Positions 38,264-47,007 of a stretch of DNA of 49,490 nt are shown piece after piece. The stretch comes from Eubacteriales bacterium (GTDB lineage: Bacteria > Bacillota > Clostridia > Oscillospirales > CAG-272): positions 1-49,490 of the forward strand of contig JAZNAM010000004.1 of assembly GCA_045586515.1 (NCBI GenBank), read 5' to 3'. Every line of letters starts with the position of its first letter. The stretch's first letter is position 1. The notes beneath the pieces are model-generated. The model was not told the origin of the DNA, searched no databases, and worked only from the letters and a program-made list of their open reading frames with translations. Made by a program: the position numbers and the translations under genes.

Positions 38264-39280
38264 ATGAAAGCTGTGATTTTACACGCCCCCGGGGACGTTC
38301 GTTTTGGGGAGTTGCCAAGACCCACAGTGGGTAGCGAGGACGTTTGCGTCAAAGTCGCCTATTGCGGCATTTGCGGCAGTGATTTTCATAAGGCCGCGGG
38401 AAAAGAATACATTCATGCTGTTGAATATCCGTTTGCGCTCGGTCACGAGATTTCGGGCGTGATCACCGAGGTTGGAGACCGTGTTACCGAGTTTCAGGTT
38501 GGTGATCGCGTAACGGTGGACCCCAGTTGGAGTTGTGGCGTCTGTTACTACTGTCGTGCGGGGAAGCCCACCTTTTGCGAACATGCGCGCGGCGTGGTAA
38601 AGGGCATGGCGGAGTATGCCGTTGTGCCTGCGCGGAACGTACACCCCCTGCCGAAAAATTTGAGTATGCGTACCGCCGCACTCGCCGAGCCGCTTTCCTG
38701 CTGTTTGCGCGGTATTGATCTTTTGGACGTGCAAGCGGGCGCGCGTGTTGCACTGATCGGTTTTGGCGCGATTGGGGCGATCATGTTGCGCCTGCTCCGC
38801 TCGTCGGGCGCAGGCGAGATCGTTGTGATCGAATATAATCCCGCGCGCCGCGAGGCGGCGCTGGCCGGGGGCGCGGATGTGTTCCTGTGTTCTCAGAACG
38901 AAGAGGCGGTTGCTGCGTATGCTGCGCAAAACCCGATTGATCGCGTCATTGAGTGCGTCGGCATTCCGTCGGTGCAGGAAAGCGCGCTTGCCGTGGCGGG
39001 AAAGGGTGCCACGGTTGTGATGTTCGGTGTGCCCGACAGCACGAAGCGGACAAGCGTTTCTTTCTTTGATATCTTTTCAAAGGAGTTGACGATCAAGACC
39101 TCTTTCCTCAATCCAAACACGATGGGGCGCGCATTGCAGCTGCTCGCGCGCGAGGAGTTTGGCGCCGACGAGATCATTCATACCGTGCTTTCTATGGAGC
39201 AAGCCGCCGAGGAATTTAAGGCACCCAACCACGCCAGGCGCGGCAAGGTCCTCGTAGAGATTGATCCCACCATTACCTAA
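38264..39280 (+). CDS. Zinc-dependent medium-chain alcohol/polyol dehydrogenase
   Basis: CGICGSD, GHE, CGVCYYC..C, EPLSC, GFGAIG. Confidence 0.92.
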   Translation: MKAVILHAPGDVRFGELPRPTVGSEDVCVKVAYCGICGSDFHKAAGKEYIHAVEYPFALGHEISGVITEVGDRVTEFQVGDRVTVDPSWSCGVCYYCRAGKPTFCEHARGVVKGMAEYAVVPARNVHPLPKNLSMRTAALAEPLSCCLRGIDLLDVQAGARVALIGFGAIGAIMLRLLRSSGAGEIVVIEYNPARREAALAGGADVFLCSQNEEAVAAYAAQNPIDRVIECVGIPSVQESALAVAGKGATVVMFGVPDSTKRTSVSFFDIFSKELTIKTSFLNPNTMGRALQLLAREEFGADEIIHTVLSMEQAAEEFKAPNHARRGKVLVEIDPTIT

Positions 39281-39406
39281 CGTTCTACCGCATCTTGATA
39301 GGAACCTGTCACATAGCAAAAAGCGCGTTGTTGGAATTACGCAGATCCCAACAGCGCGCCTTTTCTTTGTTTTGTCCCTTGCGTGGTACAAAGACGTCCT
39401 GTGCGT

Positions 39407-40246
39407 TTATAATTGCTTGTATAAAAGATTCTTTTCTTTTAAATAGTTTGAGAGCATGAGCGGCCAATCGGTTTGGATAAAGTCGAAGCCCTGCTTGACG
39501 AGCCAGCCCCAGGCGAGGTCGGGATCGGCGCAAAGTGCCGCATCATCGGAATGTCCCGCGCAAAGTTGCTTTTTGTAGTCGTAAATAATGGCGTTTACCC
39601 ATACCAATTTGTTGTCGCGGTGCAGTTTGTTGATAAACGCTCGCGAGGCAACCTCGCATTCCTCCTTGTCAAACAACACTTCGGCACCGATATAGTTGAG
39701 CTTGCTGTGCAGAAGTGCCCCGTGCATGGGGTGCGTATCCCGCACGATTGCCATGTACGGCAATTCGGGGGCGAGCTCGGTTAATACCGTCAATATTTCG
39801 TCTGACGGGGTGGATTTCACAAGCATTTGCTCGCACATGCCATGACGCTTGATGGCGTTGTATATCTCTTTGGGGTGCCCCCAAAACTTATCTACGTTGA
39901 CATAGCAACGGCCCTTGAAGGTTTCCAAAAACTCGTCGAACGTGTGTACGCCGAATTGCGTGGGCGTTTTGTCGTAATTGAAATAGCGAAGTTCTTTGAT
40001 CTCCTCGCTTGTCATATTACAGATCCTTTCGGTATGACACAGGTGATGGATCTCCATGCGCGGGTGGAAGACGTAAAGCTTTCCGTCGGCGCTCATTTCC
40101 ACGTCGATTTCAAGCATATCCGAGCCCTGCTTCAAGGCAATTTCATAGGCGGCAAGCGTGTTGCAAGGGATATTTCCGCCCGACACGCCTCGGTGTGCCA
40201 CGACCAATACCTTTTCTTTGGCGGATGCCAACAGGTCAAATACCAT
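39407..40246 (-). CDS. Glycerophosphodiester phosphodiesterase family protein
   Basis: VAHRG, EIDV, VFH, IQTDWP. Confidence 0.88.
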   Translation of the reverse strand: MVFDLLASAKEKVLVVAHRGVSGGNIPCNTLAAYEIALKQGSDMLEIDVEMSADGKLYVFHPRMEIHHLCHTERICNMTSEEIKELRYFNYDKTPTQFGVHTFDEFLETFKGRCYVNVDKFWGHPKEIYNAIKRHGMCEQMLVKSTPSDEILTVLTELAPELPYMAIVRDTHPMHGALLHSKLNYIGAEVLFDKEECEVASRAFINKLHRDNKLVWVNAIIYDYKKQLCAGHSDDAALCADPDLAWGWLVKQGFDFIQTDWPLMLSNYLKEKNLLYKQL

Positions 40247-40430
40247 TTCGTTTTCTCCCACTGTGATGATTGTTTTCCCTCGTGCTTGCAAGGGAGCGCA
40301 AGATCATTATAGCATCTTTCGATTTTTTGTCAACAGACGTTGTGATATTTTGACGTTTCGTTTGTTGCGCGGAGCGCGAAGATGCGCCTTTGCGGGCCTG
40401 CGACTTTTTCGCCGAGATCTTCCAAACAAC

Positions 40431-40464
40431 AAAAACGCCTTGGAAGCGTCGCTTCCAAGGCGTT
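40431..40464 (-). terminator. Terminator of the AcnX operon
   Basis: AACGCCTTGGAAGCG-T-CGCTTCCAAGGCGTT with an A tract on the + strand. Confidence 0.75.
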
Positions 40465-40483
40465 GAACGATTGAGAGGGGGAT

Positions 40484-40927
40484 TTACTCCACCTCGACCA
40501 CACCGCCCTCTTTGATGGTGACGGTCATACCGTCCTTCACGTAGGCGAGAAACTCATCGCCAAGCGAATCGACAACGGGCATAGTAACACCGTCCACCCA
40601 AACGTCGGCAAGCACCGCGCCTGCCGCTGCGAGTGAGTCGATGTGATTGGCAAAGAGCATACAGGCGGGGTTCTTCTTCATAGCGCACGCGCAGTAAAGC
40701 ACGAGACCGCCCGTGGTAGAACCGATGGTCTGCGGCAGGCAAAGTGCCTTGCCAATGAGGGGCTTGCCGTACAGCTCCTTGTTGCTCTGGTCACCGCATT
40801 TCACCTCTTTATCGCCGAACTGCAACGCCATTTGGAACGAAGCAAGCGTGTTGAAGCCCTCGGTTGTAACGACGGCTTTGGCGGTAACCTCACCGGGGGT
40901 TACGACTCTTCCTTGAAACGTTTTCAT
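40484..40927 (-). CDS. Aconitase X small (swivel) subunit, DUF126
   Basis: GRVVTPGEV, GKALCLP..GSTTGG; start overlaps the stop of the large subunit. Confidence 0.85.
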   Translation of the reverse strand: MKTFQGRVVTPGEVTAKAVVTTEGFNTLASFQMALQFGDKEVKCGDQSNKELYGKPLIGKALCLPQTIGSTTGGLVLYCACAMKKNPACMLFANHIDSLAAAGAVLADVWVDGVTMPVVDSLGDEFLAYVKDGMTVTIKEGGVVEVE

Positions 40928-42201
40928 TGCTTTTTACCTCCCGTGATGATACCTAAGATCTCTGCATCGGTATAGTATCTTGCGCTCGTGTAGGTGCGCA
41001 GCTTATTGGAGCACGTGATGACGGGCATCTTTTTGCAAAGGGGATTGTTCATATACATCAAGGGGCAGATGTACGAGGTAATGACCCCCGTCGCTTTCAG
41101 TCTTGCCGCGTACTCGGTCTTCTCAAAAGCTTCCAGCACGGCGGGTGCTGCGGTAAAGACCGTCTTGACGGTGACTTTTTTCTTGCCGTTCCTTGCAAGT
41201 GACTCTTCGAGCTTCAGCGTCCAATCCTTCAGCTGTTCAAGCGAGAGATGCGGGCAACCCACAAAGCAAAGCTTGGGGGCGGCGTTGGGGTTTTTCCAAA
41301 TGACGGGATAATTGTTCTTGACGCGCTCCAGCTCAGCATCGTCAATGACGTATTCCTTGGCGCCCTCGAGGACGAGCGTTTCACCAAGCTCAACTGCCTC
41401 GGGCGTGAGATTTTCGATGTGGTAAAGACCGACGGCACCGTTGGAGGCGGTGGCTGCACCGAAGTCTTTGAGGTAGGCACAGGTGGCGTCGTCCAGCTCA
41501 TTGCCGAGCCATGCGTCAAGCCCCGTGATGTAGGGAACATCCTCCATCACCTTCATGCCGATGGCAGAGCCGAGCAGCTGTGCCTCGGGCTTTTTAGTCG
41601 TCTTGACCTTGATCACCCAGCTTGCTTTTCTGCCCTCGTCGGTGAGTAGACCGAAATAGGGTACGTAGCCCACGATCGAGCCCATGATGTCGATGATGCC
41701 CGAGTTGCGGTTGCAACGTGCGCCGAGCACCGAGTTGGCGTAAACGACCGCGCTCGATTCCGCCCAGGAGAGCACGTCACCCTTCCTCGGCTTGTTGCCG
41801 ACCTCGTCGAGGTAGCAAGCGCAGGTGAATGCGTTTTCGTTCATCAATCCCAACTTGTCGAGCTGCCCTTCGTAAAAGTCCTGCTTACAGTACATAAACT
41901 TGTTGAACACAAGGTTTTGTAAGAAGTTCGCGGGCACGTTCTTGTCGATGGGACGGGGGTCAACCGAGAATTTTTGCGCCGAGGTGACGCCCGCATCCAA
42001 TAACTGCTGCATAAGGTCGTACACGGGGGACATGACCTTCAGACCAAAGGACGTGACGAGGTGGTTGTACTCCGACGTGATGGGCACGAGCTTTTCTGCT
42101 TCAAAAGCGTCACCGTACATCACCAGTGTTTTCATAACCTTGGCAAGCGTTTCTCCCTTGGCACCGTCAAGGATTGCCTGTTGTTCTTTTGTTAATACCA
42201 T
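40924..42201 (-). CDS. Aconitase X large (catalytic) subunit, DUF521
   Basis: LTKEQQAILDG, TCACY, WAESSAVVYANSVLGAR, GCPHLS. Confidence 0.9.
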   Translation of the reverse strand: MVLTKEQQAILDGAKGETLAKVMKTLVMYGDAFEAEKLVPITSEYNHLVTSFGLKVMSPVYDLMQQLLDAGVTSAQKFSVDPRPIDKNVPANFLQNLVFNKFMYCKQDFYEGQLDKLGLMNENAFTCACYLDEVGNKPRKGDVLSWAESSAVVYANSVLGARCNRNSGIIDIMGSIVGYVPYFGLLTDEGRKASWVIKVKTTKKPEAQLLGSAIGMKVMEDVPYITGLDAWLGNELDDATCAYLKDFGAATASNGAVGLYHIENLTPEAVELGETLVLEGAKEYVIDDAELERVKNNYPVIWKNPNAAPKLCFVGCPHLSLEQLKDWTLKLEESLARNGKKKVTVKTVFTAAPAVLEAFEKTEYAARLKATGVITSYICPLMYMNNPLCKKMPVITCSNKLRTYTSARYYTDAEILGIITGGKKQ

Positions 42202-42217
42202 GTTGGATGACCTCCTA

Positions 42218-44278
42218 TCAAAGCTTCATGCATACGTTCCACGCACCCCAGATGACCGTGCGCAGATTGCCAACGCCTGCGGCATCGCCAATGACGTGTA
42301 CGTGGCGTCCCTTTTGCGAAAGAGGAGCGGGGTTGTAGCCAACCGAGAGAATAACGGAATCGCAAGGAACGTCAAATGTCTTGCCATCCTTATCTTTTAG
42401 CGTGACGCACGCTTCACCGATCTCGCACAGTGCGGTTTCAAGGTGTACCTGAACCTTGTTGGTCTTGAAGAAGTCACGCAGATAGCTGGTGTTGGCAAGA
42501 CAGATGCCCTTGGTGGTGATGAGGTCGTCTTGCATCTCCACGATGATGGGCGTTTGTCCCTTGAGGTAAAGATCATACGCGATCTCACAGCCCGTAAGAC
42601 CGCCACCGATCACTACGACAGTCTTGCCAACCGTCTTGTTGCCAAGCAGGTAATCAACTGCTTCCACGGCGCGCTCTGCTCCCTTTACGGGAATGCGCTT
42701 TGCGACAGCACCGGTTGCCACGATGATCTCGTCTGCGTCAAGCGACTTCGGGTCGGTGACTTCGGTGTTCAGCTTCACGTCGATGGGGTATTTGGAAAGC
42801 TCACGGATGTACCACGCGATAAGTGCCCGGTCCTTTTCTTTGAAGGAGGGGGCGGATGCGGCAATGAATACGCCACCGAGCGCGTTCGTCTTTTCATAGA
42901 GTGTGACCGCATGACCGCGTTTGGCGAGCAGGATTGCTGCCTCCATACCGCCGATACCGCCGCCGATCACGGCGATCTTCTTTGCCTTCTTTGCGGGGGC
43001 GACGTAGTATTTCTTGGACTGCATTGTTTCGGGGTTGAGTGCACAGCGTGCAAGTCCCATCGTGTCGGTGAGGTCCTGCGTGTTGGCGTGTCCTTTGGAG
43101 GAGGAGAAGTTGAAGCAGCCGCTATGGCAGCAGATGCAAGGTTTGATGTCCTCCAGTCTGTCCTCAATGAGCTTGGTGATCCACTGGGGGTCAACGAGGA
43201 ACTGACGGGCAACGCCCATGGCGTCGATCTTGCCCTCGGCAATCGCCTTTGCGGCAACGCCGGGATCCATTCTGCCCGCGCAAACAACGGGGATGTCCAC
43301 GAATTTCTTGATGTGTGCAACGTCCTCGAGGTTGCAGTTCTCGGGCATGTACATCGGGGGATGCGCCCAATACCAGGAGTCGTACGTGCCGTTGTCGGCA
43401 TTCAGCATATCGTAGCCCGCGTCCTGCAAATACTTCGCGGCGCGTTCGGACTCTTCCATGTTGCGCCCGACCTCGACGTAGTCCTCACCGGGCATCGCAC
43501 CCTCGCAAAAGCCCTTGAGCTTGGACTCGACCGAGTAGCGTAGCGATACGGGATAGTCCTCGCCACACGCGGCTTTGATAGCCTTGACGATTTCGGCAGC
43601 AAAGCGGTAGCGGTTCTCAAAGCTGCCACCGTACTCGTCGGTGCGCTTGTTGAAGAATTCGATGGCGAACTGATCGAGCAGGTAGCCCTCGTGTACCGCG
43701 TGTACCTCAACGCCGTCCACGCCCGCATCGCGGCAAAGCTTTGCGGTCTTGGCGAACGCCTCGATGATCTCGTGAATCTGCTCTACCGTGATTTCGGGGC
43801 ATTCAATATCATGCGCCCAACGAGAGGGCTGGGGAGAGGGAGAGGCGAGCTCGTGCGAGGTGTCGATAATGGGCTTGATCAGTGTGCGCGTGAACTTGTT
43901 TTTATGTAGGGGTGCGATAAGATCCGTGATCGCCCAGGAGCGGCCCATACCCGCGGTGAGCTGAATGAAGAGCTTCGCGCCCGTCTTGTGGATCTCGTCC
44001 ATAAACTCTTTCAGGTCCTTGAACATCTTGGGGTTTTGCCAGAGCCACTTGCCCCAGAAGGTGTCGCGCACCGGGGCGATGCCGGGGATGATCAAGCCAA
44101 CGTTGTTGTTGGCACGCTCAAGGAAGAGCTTTGCCGCTTCCTTGTCGAAGTGGCAGCCCGTCAGTTCAAACCATCCGAACAGGGAAGTGCCACCCATGGG
44201 GCACATCACGATGCGGTTCTTGATCTCCACGTTGCCGATCTTCCAAGGGGTAAATAACGCTTCGTAGTTTTCGTTCAT
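42218..44278 (-). CDS. 2-enoate reductase-like NADH:flavin oxidoreductase (OYE barrel + 4Fe-4S + FAD/NAD domain)
   Basis: KNRIVMCPMG, EVHAVHEGYLLDQF, RTDEYGGS, CICCHSGC..C, two GGG dinucleotide-binding motifs. Confidence 0.9.
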   Translation of the reverse strand: MNENYEALFTPWKIGNVEIKNRIVMCPMGGTSLFGWFELTGCHFDKEAAKLFLERANNNVGLIIPGIAPVRDTFWGKWLWQNPKMFKDLKEFMDEIHKTGAKLFIQLTAGMGRSWAITDLIAPLHKNKFTRTLIKPIIDTSHELASPSPQPSRWAHDIECPEITVEQIHEIIEAFAKTAKLCRDAGVDGVEVHAVHEGYLLDQFAIEFFNKRTDEYGGSFENRYRFAAEIVKAIKAACGEDYPVSLRYSVESKLKGFCEGAMPGEDYVEVGRNMEESERAAKYLQDAGYDMLNADNGTYDSWYWAHPPMYMPENCNLEDVAHIKKFVDIPVVCAGRMDPGVAAKAIAEGKIDAMGVARQFLVDPQWITKLIEDRLEDIKPCICCHSGCFNFSSSKGHANTQDLTDTMGLARCALNPETMQSKKYYVAPAKKAKKIAVIGGGIGGMEAAILLAKRGHAVTLYEKTNALGGVFIAASAPSFKEKDRALIAWYIRELSKYPIDVKLNTEVTDPKSLDADEIIVATGAVAKRIPVKGAERAVEAVDYLLGNKTVGKTVVVIGGGLTGCEIAYDLYLKGQTPIIVEMQDDLITTKGICLANTSYLRDFFKTNKVQVHLETALCEIGEACVTLKDKDGKTFDVPCDSVILSVGYNPAPLSQKGRHVHVIGDAAGVGNLRTVIWGAWNVCMKL

Positions 44279-44469
44279 GTTGTTTACCTATTGCCTTTCG
44301 TTGTAAATTACGATGTTGGTTGCAGTAACATGTAACTTTATTATATCGCGAAATCGCGCATGTGTCAACCGCATTTGGAAAGGCGAAACAAAAGCGTCAG
44401 GCGACACGCGGCGCACGATAAGTAGGGCGCAATTATCAAACATGCGCGCATCTTCTACGCAGCAACCGC

Positions 44470-44524
44470 ACCTGCGACTTCTACTTCCCGAACGTAGCGC
44501 TCTACCAAACTGAGCCACATCTCG
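44470..44524 (-). pseudogene. 5' 55-nt fragment of tRNA-Pro(CGG)
   Basis: 54/55 identical to 49141-49195; lacks the T loop, 3' T-stem strand and 3' acceptor strand. Confidence 0.85.
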
Positions 44525-44587
44525 ATATTTAATTTTGTTGCATAAGCAAGATGAACAAGGGGTGTTGGCGTGGCGCTACGCGCTCTT

Positions 44588-44698
44588 CCTGTTGCCGTTA
44601 CCGCATCGTGCTACGCTCGAATACTCGCTTGCACTCTGCGACGGCTGCCACTCCTTTTTGCTCGCTTACTCTGCCACCGGCAGCGCTCGCAAACGTCC
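44588..44698 (-). repeat. Structured ~111-nt element, copy 2, inserted in the D-loop of a tRNA-Pro fragment
   Basis: Flanked by tRNA nt 1-20 (44699-44718) and AGAGCGC (44580-44586); motifs shared with 2450-2563. Confidence 0.7.
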
Positions 44699-44829
44699 CC
44701 AAACTGAGCCACATCTCGATACTATTAAATTTTGAGGTTTTGCGGTTTCCTCGACCGTTTTGTCACGAGCGCCCCGAGGGCTGAACGCGCCGTCGCATAG
44801 TCGCTGTCTGTCGCTGCGGCAGGCTTGCT

Positions 44830-45038
44830 CCGTCAGCTCAAACCAACCGAACAGGGAAGTGCCGCCCATGGGGCACATCACGATGCGGTTCTTGATCTCC
44901 ACGTTGCCGATCTTCCAAGGGATAAATAACGCTTCGTAGTTTTCGTTTATGTCGTTTACCTATTGCCTTTCGTTATAAATTACGATGTTGGTTGTAGTAA
45001 CATGTAACTTTATTATATCGTGAAATCGCGCTTGTGTC
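44830..45038 (-). pseudogene. Diverged duplicate of the promoter and first ~40 codons of the enoate reductase gene
   Basis: Direct repeat of 44158-44366 (offset 672), about 10 substitutions, ATG changed to ATA. Confidence 0.9.
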
Positions 45039-45161
45039 CATTATAATAGGAAAGGGAAGAGTGACATTGCGCCACACTGCCAACGGTGAGGTAAAAAAAG
45101 TTTGCACGAACGCAAAAAATGTGCTATACTGTACGTATCAACCAATAGGAGGATTTTTACG

Positions 45162-45791
45162 ATGTCTGATACTAAATTTTTTATTTGTGAGCATTGTGGT
45201 AATATGATCGGTATGATCCATGATTCGGGCGTACCTATGATGTGTTGCGGCCAGCGCATGACCGCGCTGGAGCCCGGCAGCGTTGAAGCGAGCGAGGAAA
45301 AGCATATCCCCGTTGTTACCTGGGAGGAGGATATCGTCCGCGTGGATATCGGTGCCGTAGCACACCCTATGACCGAGGCGCATAGCATTCTTTGGGTATA
45401 CCTGAAGACGGATAAGGGCGGTCAGCGCAAGTGCTTGAAGCCGGGTGATGATCCCGTCGTCACGTTCGCACTTTGCGACGAAACCCCCGTCGCCGCCTAT
45501 GCGTATTGCAATCTGCATGGTCTTTGGATGGCGGAGATCGAGCGTCCGCTTGTCTGCCCGTTGCAACCCGTTGATGCCGCTTCGAAAAAGAATTATGTTG
45601 TCTGTCAGTGCAATAACGTCAGTTATTTCGATATCCTGAACGCCATGCATGACCATACCGACGTGAACGCGCTGCTCGATATGTTTGAGAACGTAAAAAA
45701 TACCACCAAATGCTCCACTGGCTGCGGCGGCTGCTATGACAAGGTGATCAAGATCATCTCCGAGGTCATGGCAAACGGCGAAGCACTCTGA
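45162..45791 (+). CDS. Desulfoferrodoxin/superoxide reductase with fused C-terminal BFD-like [2Fe-2S] domain
   Basis: CEHCGN..MCCG; EKH, HPM, H, CNLHG; C-terminal VCQCNNV..CSTGCGGC. Confidence 0.85.
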   Translation: MSDTKFFICEHCGNMIGMIHDSGVPMMCCGQRMTALEPGSVEASEEKHIPVVTWEEDIVRVDIGAVAHPMTEAHSILWVYLKTDKGGQRKCLKPGDDPVVTFALCDETPVAAYAYCNLHGLWMAEIERPLVCPLQPVDAASKKNYVVCQCNNVSYFDILNAMHDHTDVNALLDMFENVKNTTKCSTGCGGCYDKVIKIISEVMANGEAL

Positions 45792-45797
45792 GAAAAT

Positions 45798-45826
45798 AAA
45801 AAAGGCTCCGATAAGGAGCCTTTTTT
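45798..45826 (+). terminator. Rho-independent terminator
   Basis: AAAAAGGCTCC-GATAA-GGAGCCTTTTTT. Confidence 0.8.
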
Positions 45827-46059
45827 ATTTTCCTCACCCCTTACGTCCTTGCGACTGCTACGTCTCGAACACACTTGACTTACCATCATTTCCAAGTGCG
45901 CAAATGACTTGGTGCCAACGTCTGTCACCTCAAAATCGTTATGTGTAAACAAAAGAAATTCAACGATCTTGTAATTTCTTCGAAGAAATCTCTTGATTTT
46001 TGTCGCATCAAATGGTAAAATGGAACTGTATAAAAATCTTTGTTTTTATGAGGTGACAT

Positions 46060-46272
46060 ATGGCTGCAAGCTATAAGAAACTTTTCAAACTGCTCATCGA
46101 CCGCGAGATGAAGAGCAAAGACCTTGCCGCCAAGGCAGGCATCAGCCCCGCAACCCTTGCCAAGATGAAAAAAGACGGCGCCACCGTTTCCAGTGACGTG
46201 CTCGTCAAAATCTGCACCGCGCTTGATTGCACGATGGATGATATTGTTGAGATTGTACCTTGCGAGAAATAA
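46060..46272 (+). CDS. XRE/Cro-C1 (HTH_26) transcriptional regulator
   Basis: SYKKLFKLLIDREM..LAAKAGISPATLAKM..KICTALDC. Confidence 0.9.
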   Translation: MAASYKKLFKLLIDREMKSKDLAAKAGISPATLAKMKKDGATVSSDVLVKICTALDCTMDDIVEIVPCEK

Positions 46273-46287
46273 TTTGGGAGAGTTCTT

Positions 46288-47007
46288 ATGAGCCGTTGCT
46301 TATATAATAGCAGTTTTGCAGAGTTTTTGAATGCGAGTGATCGTTTCATATTGGGCGTATTATGTGAAAAGTATCATGGTGTAGCGCTTACCACTACAAG
46401 AGAAGCGTGGTCGGGTGAAATTTCCATTATGAAACGTGTGCTATCCGACTTTAAAGATGAAGACGGACAGATTATATTTGAGTATGACATCCCTCGTCTT
46501 GGCAAACGTGTAGACGTTGTGTTGCTTTTAAGGGGAATTGTATTCTGCCTTGAATTTAAGGTTGGGGAATCTAAAATATTGGAAACGGATGTGGATCAGG
46601 TTTTAGATTATGCGCTTGATCTCAAGAATTTCCATAAATATAGTCGAGACAAGATTATTGTTCCGATTCTTATTGCAACCAATCATCGTAAATCCTCCAC
46701 GGATCTCCAAATGTCTGTTTATGATGACATGGTGGTGAATCCTTTGGTGTCCGGTGAAACAGGGATTTCCAATTTGATTGCCAACGTGCTAAGACGTTTC
46801 CCGAGTGAGCGTTCGATTGAGCCGGATTGGATTATTAGCCCTTATGCACCCACACCGACGATTATTGAGGCGGCAAAAACGTTATATGAGAATCATTCTG
46901 TTGCGGATATTACTCGACACGAAGCGGATAATGTGTCCACGGATAGCGTACGAACGAAATCTTCATCGTTTGGGCAATTTGACTCTTGCTACCAAGCCGG
47001 ACAATAG
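46288..47007 (+). pseudogene. N-terminal fragment of a DUF2075 (Schlafen group 3-like nuclease-helicase) gene
   Basis: FEYDIPRLGKRVDVVLL..LEFK, DYALDLKNFH, YAPTPTIIEAA; homology ends near 46940, before any Walker A motif. Confidence 0.7.

Noticed and set aside
40397-40406. 10-nt match (CCTGCGACTT) to tRNA-Pro
   Set aside because: Too short to separate from chance; no flanking similarity.
42218-44278. bai operon (BaiCD/BaiH) or bilirubin reductase call
   Set aside because: Same fold, but no other bai genes are present and the HAVHEGY motif fits enoate-reductase-like enzymes; the substrate cannot be assigned from sequence.
44666-44902. 78-aa ORF starting like the enoate reductase
   Set aside because: Arises from the duplicated fragment with a mutated start codon running into non-coding sequence.
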